From the IMG/VR virus record IMGVR_UViG_3300007169_000056: DNA of 64,000 bases; one strand, given 5' to 3'. Of this stretch, positions 35,159 to 44,900 are shown one piece after another; the stretch's first letter is position 1, and each line of letters begins with the position of its first letter. Origin of the DNA: a virus (taxonomy: Duplodnaviria > Heunggongvirae > Uroviricota > Caudoviricetes). Under the pieces are notes generated by a model, which worked only from the letters and a program-made list of their open reading frames with translations, made no database searches and was not told where the DNA came from. Position numbers and translations under genes: made by a program.

Positions 35159-37077
35159 ACATCATCTGGTTTTGGTGGATCATACAAAACTTTATTTGAA
35201 CTATCCACGATTACTTTGTATTCTTTATCAATAGCATATTTGATTACAGCAGATGCTTGTGATTTACTAAGATATTTTCTCCATTCATCGGTATGATCCG
35301 CAAAATCCAATGCAACTTCACGTCGTGTTGTCATCACAACACAACGAATATATCCATATTCAATCATTGTGGTATATACCGATGTTTGTCCGGAGTAGTT
35401 TTGATAAACCCAATTAACATCTTTACCTTTTGCTTTAGCATATTCGGGATCAGCATCAGATAAAACGTTTACAACTGCCCATGTCGCATGATCATTCAGT
35501 GGAAATCCTTCTTTCTCAATATCAATCAGTTTTCCAGATGGACTGATCCAGTAATTCTTGGATCCGGCATAAAAACCCTCTTGAATCTTATCCATAGTCA
35601 TACCTGTTACTTTGGTTATTAGACTTTTTACACACTGAATATTTTGATTTTTCATACACCCCTCCAATTGGTCACATTGATCTGGTGTAGCTTTAGCATA
35701 AAACATCATCAATTCGTGTATTCCAACTCCGCCCTCATAGTCCAATTCGTTTAAATTCTCAGACAAAAATCTTCCAAGAAATGCTGTGTTACGCCCTTTT
35801 AACTCTTTACCTCCAGCGAATCTCTTGTATTGAGATTTCATTCCTTGTGTATCATTTTTAAGTGCTGCAATAGTAAACTTTGGAAACTTTTTGAGAGTTC
35901 CCATATTGAATACAAAATCAACAAACATTTCCAACTGTTTTTTAGTCAATTGGCGGTTTCCAAGTTCTTTATAAACTTGTTCTTTTGCTTTATCCAAATC
36001 TTTTTTCAATAAATCTTCGGCTTGAGAATCTGTAATACCCTTACTAAAATCTTCTCCTTTTTGAATTTTGTGTCCGTACCCAATGGTATCACTGCCTCCT
36101 TCAAAACTTTTATGAGGAAACCACAATTTCTTTTGTTTATTATATCCAGTTTTGCCCGCATTTTCTACTGTTTTGATATAGTCAATAAACGATTGGTCCA
36201 ATTCAAGTTTGGTCACTTTTGTATCAGGTTTAGCAGCAACTTTTGATACCATAGGAGTGACGACTTTCGATACCGTGACTTTGGATGGTTTAGTAGCACT
36301 TGGTTTCGCTGATTGTGCAGCGGATCCTTTCAATGTTGCAAGACCCAAAAGACCGGCAGCAGCAATATCTTTCCAACCCTCTTCAATATCAGAAGATTCG
36401 TCGAGTTTACGACCTTCTGGTCCGAAATGATCCAAGTGATGATACACATCATCAAGATATTCGCCTGCTAAATTCAACTTAGCTTTTACCCAATCTTCCA
36501 AATTCATTTCAGGCTTCAACATATGTGCAAGTTCTTTTGCATCACTATTGAGTTGTTTAAGAGCTCCCATTGCCATACTACTGTCTTGTTCACGTATCAA
36601 TTCCAATACGGCCTCTTTGTAATATTCCTTGACAGGTTTGCTTTTGGTTTGAACTCCTGATTTTCTCAATTGTCTAGCTCTACAATGAGCTTTTTGACTA
36701 AATCCTTTTGGGTTGTTGCAATTGATACTCTTTTTGTAACTACTAGACCACTTTTCGTTGATGGCTGATTGTTCTGTATTCTGTTCTTTTTCGGAATTAT
36801 AAAACTTCAGATAATCACGAACGGTAGCGACATAATCACAAGCATGATTAAGTTTTGCTTTCACCCAATCTTCAAGATTGTCGGTGGTAGAAAACATAGA
36901 CTGTAACTTTTGACTATACTTGATAATCTTTGTTACATCACTCATTGACATTTCCGCATTTTCCAATTGTACTACCAATCTATCGTGATGGGGATTATCA
37001 TGATTTATAGGATGATCACCGTCTCCAAATCCGGTTGACATACTACGTTTCCACTGATCTTTTGTAAGTTCGTTCAT
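35155..37077 (-). CDS. modular virion protein containing a GH24/T4-type lysozyme domain
   Basis: EGGSDTIGYGHKI..GITDSQAEDLLKKDL..FVFNMG; duplicated LEDWVKAKLN module; KSINCNNPKGFSQKAHC motif. Confidence 0.75.
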   Translation of the reverse strand: MNELTKDQWKRSMSTGFGDGDHPINHDNPHHDRLVVQLENAEMSMSDVTKIIKYSQKLQSMFSTTDNLEDWVKAKLNHACDYVATVRDYLKFYNSEKEQNTEQSAINEKWSSSYKKSINCNNPKGFSQKAHCRARQLRKSGVQTKSKPVKEYYKEAVLELIREQDSSMAMGALKQLNSDAKELAHMLKPEMNLEDWVKAKLNLAGEYLDDVYHHLDHFGPEGRKLDESSDIEEGWKDIAAAGLLGLATLKGSAAQSAKPSATKPSKVTVSKVVTPMVSKVAAKPDTKVTKLELDQSFIDYIKTVENAGKTGYNKQKKLWFPHKSFEGGSDTIGYGHKIQKGEDFSKGITDSQAEDLLKKDLDKAKEQVYKELGNRQLTKKQLEMFVDFVFNMGTLKKFPKFTIAALKNDTQGMKSQYKRFAGGKELKGRNTAFLGRFLSENLNELDYEGGVGIHELMMFYAKATPDQCDQLEGCMKNQNIQCVKSLITKVTGMTMDKIQEGFYAGSKNYWISPSGKLIDIEKEGFPLNDHATWAVVNVLSDADPEYAKAKGKDVNWVYQNYSGQTSVYTTMIEYGYIRCVVMTTRREVALDFADHTDEWRKYLSKSQASAVIKYAIDKEYKVIVDSSNKVLYDPPKPDDV

Positions 37078-38108
37078 ATCTTAGATAAATATTGTTTAAC
37101 AGTAGCAATCACTTGATCTTCAGGCACGTTGTCTAAATCATCACCATACCGATTGTTCAAAAAGTCTTTAACTTGTCCTATAACCTTGCCTGGCTTCAAA
37201 TTGAATGTCTTTATGATCCATTCACCGGTATACTTTGATGTTTTGATCACGGGTACATTGAGTCTCTGTTTTTCAGATTCTACCCATTCATATTTTTGAG
37301 GAAACAACTGTTTGAAAAAGTGATCATTATCTTCAATGGATCGATGTTGATTACTTTTAATCAATTCGTCACGAATGTATTGAGCGCTTTTACGTGCTGA
37401 TCTCATTTTTTTCAAATCTCCACTGTTTAGATCAGTAGTATATTGACGAACATCAAATAATGGTGATGTTTTTATAAATTCAACAATGTCGTCTTCGCTA
37501 CGAATATTTGAAAAATTGGTGTCAACTTTACGAAATCCTAGAATTTTCAATCCATCACGAAGGTTTTTTGTGATTAAAATGTCGTGATTTTGTCCTTTGT
37601 TATCGGTAAATATCTTGAAAAATCCTTCGCTTCCATATTTGAAACCTAGTTTTCTGGACATAACACCGACCATACCCGAGAAATCATTGTATGATAAATA
37701 ATGTTCTTTTGTCTCAAAATCATCTTCCGATCCAGCTGTAATAAAATCAACATGAACCTGTTTGTCCAACTTTTGTGGAAGATACAATACGGACAAAATA
37801 TTATCGTTTGTACTGACGATTGGTTGATTGTTTTCGTCCTTTACGATATTTGATGATAGAGTTGACAATACTATGTTTCTGGTAGTCTGTCCTGTCTTCG
37901 GCAATACAACAATGTCAATATCACCATGATCCACCTTGGAGGCTAGTTTTGTGGATATGTTGAATCGATCAAACTTATTTGCCAACTTCTTTTTGATCTC
38001 ATCAAATACACTATACATCTCGTCGGTTGTAACACGTTGTGCTTTATCGCCAAACAGTTTACCACCTTCTTTCAATATACTTTTAACAATGTCGGTTAAT
38101 TTGATCAT
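37074..38108 (-). CDS. nucleotidyltransferase (PolX-like core, CCA-enzyme-like C-terminus)
   Basis: DHGDIDIVV, VHVDFI, LGFKYGSEG; YTGEWI..NLKPGKVIG tail. Confidence 0.7.
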   Translation of the reverse strand: MIKLTDIVKSILKEGGKLFGDKAQRVTTDEMYSVFDEIKKKLANKFDRFNISTKLASKVDHGDIDIVVLPKTGQTTRNIVLSTLSSNIVKDENNQPIVSTNDNILSVLYLPQKLDKQVHVDFITAGSEDDFETKEHYLSYNDFSGMVGVMSRKLGFKYGSEGFFKIFTDNKGQNHDILITKNLRDGLKILGFRKVDTNFSNIRSEDDIVEFIKTSPLFDVRQYTTDLNSGDLKKMRSARKSAQYIRDELIKSNQHRSIEDNDHFFKQLFPQKYEWVESEKQRLNVPVIKTSKYTGEWIIKTFNLKPGKVIGQVKDFLNNRYGDDLDNVPEDQVIATVKQYLSKI

Positions 38109-38743
38109 TTTTTACTCGTCTTTCTCCATCCACCGCCGTGTTTTTTATACCACTTTACAGCCCAACCATTTGCATATGCGCTTGGATATACTTTGAATCT
38201 TTTACGAGCTTCAGCTTTTGCTCTGGACCATAATGATTTGTTAGTTGGTACATTCTTTTCTGATAACAATGCCTCTTTAAATATGGTTTCCAGTTCGTTT
38301 GGATCTTTAATATCGATATCAACAGTAAAGTCTTTTTTTACAATAGGAGGTACATCACGTCTTCCCTCTATAGATCCATCCGGAGTTTTGTCAACCTTTA
38401 CAATATTATTTCCCGGAGAAGCAGTCACAACAGTACCCAATCTCGGTTTATCATTGATCGGGTGGTCTGGATCGCCCAATCCAGAAGGATTGCCGCACGC
38501 GTCTAGTTCTTTGGCCAATCCCGCTTTTTTGAGTTTAGTGTAATATTGTGGATCATCTGTCAAATGGTCCAATGCAATTTCCGTGGCGATATCAGGATCG
38601 GTAGTGTGTTCCATCTCAACTGTAGAACCCATAGCTAACTCGGCTGGATCTACATCGGCTGGTGCTGTTGCATCACCTACACCCCCAACAAGTTTTGGTT
38701 GTTGACCTTGTGCAACTTCGGGGTAAAAATCTTTGTAATTCAT
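38105..38743 (-). CDS. DUF5661-like plus DUF5872-like protein
   Basis: ELAMGSTVEMEHT..EIALDHL.DDPQYY; NVPTNKSLW..KVYPSAYANGW. Confidence 0.65.
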   Translation of the reverse strand: MNYKDFYPEVAQGQQPKLVGGVGDATAPADVDPAELAMGSTVEMEHTTDPDIATEIALDHLTDDPQYYTKLKKAGLAKELDACGNPSGLGDPDHPINDKPRLGTVVTASPGNNIVKVDKTPDGSIEGRRDVPPIVKKDFTVDIDIKDPNELETIFKEALLSEKNVPTNKSLWSRAKAEARKRFKVYPSAYANGWAVKWYKKHGGGWRKTSKK

Positions 38744-38934
38744 GGTCTATTATTTCCTTTTTGTTTATACTTTTCCGCTTCTTTTGCAGCTTGTTGCATT
38801 TTATCATATCCGTTGGATGGATATGCATAGTCAATTTGCCATCTACGACCTTTCATGGCTGGGTGACCAATCAATGGATCTTGAATTTTATCTTGAGCCC
38901 CTATTACATACCAATCGCCTTTAAGTTTATCCAT
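38740..38934 (-). CDS. small hypothetical protein
   Basis: ATG at 38934 within ORF 38740..38973. Confidence 0.45.
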   Translation of the reverse strand: MDKLKGDWYVIGAQDKIQDPLIGHPAMKGRRWQIDYAYPSNGYDKMQQAAKEAEKYKQKGNNRP

Positions 38935-39487
38935 TGTAGTTCCTTCTCTTTTTCTTTTCTTCCCATTTTTCATCCATCAACTTCTTGATAGCATCAAAAT
39001 TGCCGTACTTTTGTTCTACACGTTCACGTCCTTTTGATTCTACGGCCATGTTTTGGATAATCTTTGCAATTTCTTCTTTCTGGTTATTTTCTTTCATCAT
39101 CTCGGGGCCACCAGTCAACATATCTAAGTCTCGATAGAATCGTGGATTCTTCTTCAAATTTTGAACAACCGTTTCTTTTGCAACCATCTTGTTCTTGTAA
39201 ATTTGTTTTTTGAGTTCGTATTCTATACCCTGAATGATATCATCGGGTGTGACTTTCGTTTTGATCGTGTCCACGTCCTTTTTGTATTGTTCAGGATCAA
39301 TTTTCGACTTAATGTCTTGATCCACTGGTGGAACAATATTTACCTTGGAACTATCGGCTGGAAATGAACCGGGATTTTGGGTTACATCGGGCGAAGCGTA
39401 TGTACCAGATTGACCTGAAAGTGTGGGTTGTCCACCGATAGGTATCTGACTCATGTTATTTTCTTTGAAAAAGTCTTTATAGGTCAT
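38927..39487 (-). CDS. DUF5661-like probable capsid-internal protein
   Basis: ATG at 39487 (MTYKDFFKE); QGIEYEL..NLKKNPRFYRDL. Confidence 0.6.
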   Translation of the reverse strand: MTYKDFFKENNMSQIPIGGQPTLSGQSGTYASPDVTQNPGSFPADSSKVNIVPPVDQDIKSKIDPEQYKKDVDTIKTKVTPDDIIQGIEYELKKQIYKNKMVAKETVVQNLKKNPRFYRDLDMLTGGPEMMKENNQKEEIAKIIQNMAVESKGRERVEQKYGNFDAIKKLMDEKWEEKKKRRNYNG

Positions 39488-39492
39488 GTGGT

Positions 39493-39500
39493 ATAAATAT
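39493..39500 (-). promoter_or_regulatory. ATATTTAT candidate late-promoter motif (also 30284-30291 on -, 18261-18268 and 25969-25976 on +)
   Basis: Same 8-mer lies 5 nt upstream of two ATGs and near two more; the opposite strand reads TATAAATA. Confidence 0.45.
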
Positions 39501-39547
39501 CCAATATATATGTAAATCAAAGACTTTTTTCGATATAACCGATAGTT

Positions 39548-40099
39548 ATGATTATGAATTTCCCGACAGTAGAAATCTTGAATCAAATAGATCTTACAAA
39601 TATACTGAATAGAGTTTCCGACGAAGATTCTTTCAAACAGTATATAAACCTTTCAGCGGGAACTGAACACTATCGACTGTTAGCATGGTTTAGTCATCAG
39701 TTTAATAACAATACAATTGTTGATGTAGGTTCTTTCAAAGGATTTTCGGCTGCTGCTTTATCAAACAATCCGTTAAACAAAATTTATTCGTTTGATATAT
39801 GTGATAGTGTTGTTTTGAACCCAATTCCCGAAAACGTAAAGTTTATAATTGATAGTTTTCAGAATCATCTGGATTTAGTAAGAAATTCCCCGATCATTTT
39901 CTATGATACTGTTCACGATGGTATACACGAAACTGAGTTCATGAATTGGTTATCATATATCAATTATACAGGAACCGTGATCTTTGATGATATATATCTT
40001 AACAATGAAATGATACAATTTTGGAACAACATCAAGTACAAAAAACTGGACATTACATCAATCGGTCATTGGTCTGGAACAGGAATAGTCTGGTTATAA
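39548..40099 (+). CDS. class I SAM-dependent methyltransferase
   Basis: IVDVGSFKGFSA, SFDI, IFYDTVH, VIFDDI. Confidence 0.8.
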   Translation: MIMNFPTVEILNQIDLTNILNRVSDEDSFKQYINLSAGTEHYRLLAWFSHQFNNNTIVDVGSFKGFSAAALSNNPLNKIYSFDICDSVVLNPIPENVKFIIDSFQNHLDLVRNSPIIFYDTVHDGIHETEFMNWLSYINYTGTVIFDDIYLNNEMIQFWNNIKYKKLDITSIGHWSGTGIVWL

Positions 40100-40112
40100 T
40101 CTATATCATCCA

Positions 40113-40778
40113 ATGAAAGTTATATTATCAATCTGTGAAAATACCAACTCTACTTTTTCTAAAGAGAAAGTTTGTCTTAATTTGTTTTCCACATTCGCCA
40201 CAAACGACATTTATGTTTTGGGAGATAATTTGAGCGATGGCACTTTAGAATTCATTAAACAATTACGTCCCAAACACATAGAGAATAAAGTAAGAGGAAG
40301 AAAACAATGGATGGTTGATAAAATCAACTTTTGCATCAATAACTTTAAAGACGATGACCAACTATATTTGGTAGAAGACGACTATTTTCATCTGGCACAG
40401 TCAGACATATTAATTCAAGAGGGATTGCAACATTCTGAATATGTTACATTGTATGATCATCCGGACAAATATGGTCAACATCCACACAAAAATCCAGAAA
40501 TAGTGTCATTAGGAGAGTCTACTACTGTTTTTTTGACAAACCATAGTCATTGGAAATATACAAATTCAACAACAGGTACTTTCGCATGTTTACGACGCAC
40601 TTTATATGAAGACCGTGATGTATGGTTTAACAATCTTCAGCATGACGGGTGGTGGGACTATCTGACGTTTATCGAACTAAGATCCAAAAATAGAAAAGTT
40701 GCAACGTGTATACCAGGCCGAAGTACACATCTTCATTCGACTATAATGTATTCTCCGTTTTTTCCAACAGACATATGA
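40113..40778 (+). CDS. glycosyltransferase-like protein (GT-A)
   Basis: YLVEDDYFH, YVTLYDHPDKY, STTGTF, IPGRSTH. Confidence 0.7.
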   Translation: MKVILSICENTNSTFSKEKVCLNLFSTFATNDIYVLGDNLSDGTLEFIKQLRPKHIENKVRGRKQWMVDKINFCINNFKDDDQLYLVEDDYFHLAQSDILIQEGLQHSEYVTLYDHPDKYGQHPHKNPEIVSLGESTTVFLTNHSHWKYTNSTTGTFACLRRTLYEDRDVWFNNLQHDGWWDYLTFIELRSKNRKVATCIPGRSTHLHSTIMYSPFFPTDI

Positions 40779-41515
40779 CTATAACCACAATAATTAACTA
40801 TTGTACCACAGAATATCGATTTATCAAATCATCCATCGATTCAGTTCGTCCATTTTCAGATCGTATAATTGTTACCTATGCCAATAACTTCTATGATGGT
40901 TCCGATGAAAACATGGATATACTAAACAGAACTTTTTATGAAAACAAGAATGTCGAGTTTCTGAATATACAATACACGCCAAACAGATTCTCCAGTGTCG
41001 AGTGGTGTTCTTACTCACGAAAGTTTGCAGTCGATCAATCGTCTATTACATCAGATTATATCTTGTTCATAGATGCAGATGAAGTTATTGAATCTGATCT
41101 GTTTACTCAATTTGTTACAGACAAAGATTTTTCTTATGGTTCTGATTTTAAACTTCTTTGTTATTGGTATTTCCGAGAACCAATATATCGTGCAAAACAA
41201 CACGAAGATCCAATCACACTAATGTTTAGAAAAAATCTTCAAATAGAAAATGTGATGTATCAGGATAGAACATCGTTATTTGATAATTCAACCAACACAA
41301 AGTTTAGATGTACAACATACAAAAATAACATAATGGCCCATCACTTTTCATGGGTACGTACCAAAGAAGAAATGTTAAAAAAAGTATCGACTTGGGGTCA
41401 TAGACATGATCGTGACTGGACAACTTTGGTTGAAAATGAATTCACGCATGATTTCAACGGAACTGATTTTGTTCATGGATATCAATACGATATATTAGAA
41501 AAATCAGTTATATGA
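40775..41515 (+). CDS. GT2-like glycosyltransferase
   Basis: ILFIDADEV, HHFSWVR; ATG at 40775. Confidence 0.75.
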   Translation: MTITTIINYCTTEYRFIKSSIDSVRPFSDRIIVTYANNFYDGSDENMDILNRTFYENKNVEFLNIQYTPNRFSSVEWCSYSRKFAVDQSSITSDYILFIDADEVIESDLFTQFVTDKDFSYGSDFKLLCYWYFREPIYRAKQHEDPITLMFRKNLQIENVMYQDRTSLFDNSTNTKFRCTTYKNNIMAHHFSWVRTKEEMLKKVSTWGHRHDRDWTTLVENEFTHDFNGTDFVHGYQYDILEKSVI

Positions 41516-42207
41516 TAAAACTAAAAGACATAACGTTGGTTTGTGTCACATCGGTAAACATCGATAAATCCGTATCATCGATTTTGGACTCATCGAAGGA
41601 AATCGAGTTTGGAAAAATAAAACTCATCACAAGTGAAGATGTCGTTGTAGATTCAAGCATCGAGGTTGAAAAATGTAGAAAACTTGCATCACTACAAGAC
41701 TATAGTCATTTCATGATTTATGAACTATACAAACACATCGACACCGAATTTTGTTTAATTGTACAACACGATGGAAAAGTAACAAATCCCAATCTGTGGA
41801 ATCCACGGTTTTTGGAGTATGACTATATTGGTGCTCCGTGGGTATCATTCAAACATATGCACTGGCCGTGGGACAAGTGTAGATTCTTCGATCACAAGTG
41901 GAATATGGTTCCGACAGACAATGACGATCTTCGTGTAGGCAACGGTGGATTCAGTCTACGAAGCAAAAGAATGATGGAATCAAGTAAGTACATAAATGTT
42001 CCGTTTTTATCAGAAACAAAACGAGTAGATGATACATTTTATATACCACATGAAGATTTTTTCATCTGTGTGTATGCTCGTGAGTTATATGAAAATCAAG
42101 GGGCCAAGTTTTGCCCGTTCGAACTGGCATGTCATTTTTCAAAAGAATCGGTATTTGATGAAAATAAACATATCGAAACCTTCGGCCGGCATAGAAACTT
42201 TGATTGA
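41512..42207 (+). CDS. DUF5672 glycosyltransferase-like protein
   Basis: LIVQHDG, YDYIGAPW, VGNGGFSLRSK, HEDFF, FGRH. Confidence 0.85.
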   Translation: MIKLKDITLVCVTSVNIDKSVSSILDSSKEIEFGKIKLITSEDVVVDSSIEVEKCRKLASLQDYSHFMIYELYKHIDTEFCLIVQHDGKVTNPNLWNPRFLEYDYIGAPWVSFKHMHWPWDKCRFFDHKWNMVPTDNDDLRVGNGGFSLRSKRMMESSKYINVPFLSETKRVDDTFYIPHEDFFICVYARELYENQGAKFCPFELACHFSKESVFDENKHIETFGRHRNFD

Positions 42208-42212
42208 ATCTG

Positions 42213-42797
42213 TCATGTGCGTTCAACCAAAAATGTTTTTTTGTAAAATCCACACGAATCCCATTCAAACACAAAACTGCCTTGTAAATTAAATGGGTCA
42301 ATACATAAGTTCACTGGCCTATATCCGCCTATAGAACAGTCACAGTTTTGTGTCGTATAATCGTTTGTTATCAATATACAGTTTGCGTCTTTTAGTTTAT
42401 TTAACAATCGAGATATAGTTGTATTGTCAAGGTGTTGAAACACATCTTTTATTACAACCAAGTCATATCTACTCACATCAATAACATCGTTCAAAATATC
42501 AACACATTGAAATTGAACATTTTCTGATTGATGTTTGATTCTATTGGATTCGATAACAAAATCAACCAGATCGATACCAAGATACTTTATTCCAGTGAAA
42601 TCAAAATGTCTCATCAAATTGAAATCTCCACATCCAATATCTAAAACAGACACTACGTTATTATTTCTTACAAATTGTGTCAAAAATGTTAGATATTGTT
42701 TTGAACATTCTAAACTAGACCCCGGACCACTTTCCGTACCTCCAGACGAATTTATCCAATCTCCACGTCGGTATATATTTTCAAATGCTTCTTTCAT
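42213..42797 (-). CDS. class I SAM-dependent methyltransferase
   Basis: SGPGSS, SVLDIGCGDFN, YLGIDLV, KDVFQHL. Confidence 0.85.
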   Translation of the reverse strand: MKEAFENIYRRGDWINSSGGTESGPGSSLECSKQYLTFLTQFVRNNNVVSVLDIGCGDFNLMRHFDFTGIKYLGIDLVDFVIESNRIKHQSENVQFQCVDILNDVIDVSRYDLVVIKDVFQHLDNTTISRLLNKLKDANCILITNDYTTQNCDCSIGGYRPVNLCIDPFNLQGSFVFEWDSCGFYKKTFLVERT

Positions 42798-43606
42798 AGT
42801 AATCCATCAATATTTCTACACATTCTAGCAAATAAACTTGTACTGTTTTTTAGTGTTTCATCGGTTAATGATGCCAATCGATCATATACTTTAGATTCGG
42901 ACATATGTTTACTAAATATCCCATCGTCGCTCATATAGTTTAAATAAAACCCATTTTGATCGGTCACCTCATCGTAAAATAATCCACACCAATTATATTT
43001 GTGAAATGTATGTACTGGTTCGACATCTATAAATTCTTTGTACTGTTGTGACAACGCATATGGTTTTCTCACAGAAAATGCGTTCCAGTCATAGTTGTCA
43101 TATGACATTCTATATTCTTGTAGCCACAAATCTATAAACACAGAGTCTTTTTTTGAAATAATCAACGCATTACATAATCCATGTGTATCCCAATGATCCC
43201 ATCCGATATGGTACATACCCTCCAATCCCATGACCATTTCTTTTTTGTCAAAATGTGGGAAAAATGGTTTGTAAAATAATGTATCTATATCAGCATATAC
43301 TCCACCGTATTCTTTCAACAATAACAATCGAAATATATCTGCTCTGTGTTCTGGTCGATATACCTCCAACCCGTTACATGTATAACACATATCGGGCAAT
43401 TTATCGTGTTTTACAATGGTAAAAAATTCTTTCGATTGCTCCCACCAAATATTGTTATTTGGTTCGTGAATTATGTGCATCCATATTTTTGGTTTGTTCT
43501 GAGTCAAATAACAACTCTTCAAACACAAATAGTGAAAATATCCAAACGGTTTGTTTGCAAAGTTTGAATCCAACCCAAATATGAAATGGTAAATAGGATC
43601 AATCAT
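42794..43606 (-). CDS. GT32 (DXD sugar-binding) glycosyltransferase
   Basis: HRADIFRL..YGGVYADID, LCNALI. Confidence 0.85.
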   Translation of the reverse strand: MIDPIYHFIFGLDSNFANKPFGYFHYLCLKSCYLTQNKPKIWMHIIHEPNNNIWWEQSKEFFTIVKHDKLPDMCYTCNGLEVYRPEHRADIFRLLLLKEYGGVYADIDTLFYKPFFPHFDKKEMVMGLEGMYHIGWDHWDTHGLCNALIISKKDSVFIDLWLQEYRMSYDNYDWNAFSVRKPYALSQQYKEFIDVEPVHTFHKYNWCGLFYDEVTDQNGFYLNYMSDDGIFSKHMSESKVYDRLASLTDETLKNSTSLFARMCRNIDGLL

Positions 43607-44274
43607 GATGTTAGAGATTTGAAATTACTATCGGTTGGCCAGTTTATAGAAATTTGTTCAGCAAGTGGAGGAATACAGACATAGTATTTTAACTTATGAT
43701 CCCACAGTGTTCTTTTCTGTATCTGTATATCTATGTGTGACCACGCAACACTATTTGTTTCAATTAATGTTTTTGTTGCCTCCTTCTTTATCATGTATGC
43801 GTGAGTACACAATGGTGGATGTGATGTGGTATAAATATTTTCAGCCTGTTTATATCTCCAATTTTCGTCGGGACAACAACAATGCCCGACAAAAACATAT
43901 TGCCAATCATCCGGAAGTCTTGATTTATAGTCCATCAACTTTTCTTTAAATCCATCACATAAAACTACGTCATCTTCCAAGATCAAATATTCATCGTCCG
44001 GAAGATAACTTATAGTTTTCCATAACATGTAATGGGACAAAATACACCCTACGTGACCTTGTGTTATGTAATATGGAGGTCCATCGCCTGGCTTCCAATT
44101 TGGTTGGTCATCCATATATGGAATAACCGTAGTCAAACCAAAGTTTCTTGCATGAATACCTTCAAAAAAAGTAACATTTAATCCATGTTTTATGAAATGG
44201 TCTTCAGCATACTGTCTACGAGCCGGTGTTTCTTTTAGTGTCAGACAGATGATTTTTGGAAAGGTGTTGTTCAT
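43603..44274 (-). CDS. GT25 glycosyltransferase
   Basis: GCILSHYMLW, LILEDDV, CTHAYMI. Confidence 0.85.
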   Translation of the reverse strand: MNNTFPKIICLTLKETPARRQYAEDHFIKHGLNVTFFEGIHARNFGLTTVIPYMDDQPNWKPGDGPPYYITQGHVGCILSHYMLWKTISYLPDDEYLILEDDVVLCDGFKEKLMDYKSRLPDDWQYVFVGHCCCPDENWRYKQAENIYTTSHPPLCTHAYMIKKEATKTLIETNSVAWSHIDIQIQKRTLWDHKLKYYVCIPPLAEQISINWPTDSNFKSLTS

Positions 44275-44900
44275 ATTTTTTTAATGAAACATTGACTATA
44301 TGTAAAACTTATGTTTCTTACGTTTGTTTTTCTAGCATCTATACCGTGGACAATATCAATAAAAAAAGCGTTCAACTTTGTACGATCATTTACAAAATTA
44401 GTGTCCGGCGGGTTTAGATTTTGTCCAGGCCATATGTTGATTAATGGTGTATTGTCACCATAAGTACATCCAAGATCTTCAATAACATAATATCCCCCAG
44501 ACTTTACTCTTGGCCATAAAAGTTCGTAGCTACGAATGATATGATCGACTAAATGACTTCCATCATCAATTATGATATCAAATTGTTGATCAGGAGCAAC
44601 GTTTTTTAATGCAGATTCATCAATCTGACTTCCAGTGATAACGTTAATACGTTCGCCATAATCCGCTTTTGCTATTGGGTCAATATCAATGCCCCATATT
44701 TGTGCATTAATAAAATAGTCCCTCCATGTTTTAAGTGATTGCCCTCTAAGGACACCAATCTCTAACATACATGTCACCGACTCTCTGTATGTATTGAAAT
44801 ATTCTTCATACACATCTAAATATGTTTTTCCAGAAAAACGATGATTATCGTCATGTTTATCTGTACCGTTTATCTCCCCTAGTTGTTGAAGTATACTCAT
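44271..44900 (-). CDS. class I SAM-dependent methyltransferase (sugar O-methyltransferase-like)
   Basis: GTDK, LEIGV..GQSL..W, IIIDDGSH, GGYYVIED. Confidence 0.85.
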   Translation of the reverse strand: MSILQQLGEINGTDKHDDNHRFSGKTYLDVYEEYFNTYRESVTCMLEIGVLRGQSLKTWRDYFINAQIWGIDIDPIAKADYGERINVITGSQIDESALKNVAPDQQFDIIIDDGSHLVDHIIRSYELLWPRVKSGGYYVIEDLGCTYGDNTPLINIWPGQNLNPPDTNFVNDRTKLNAFFIDIVHGIDARKTNVRNISFTYSQCFIKKI

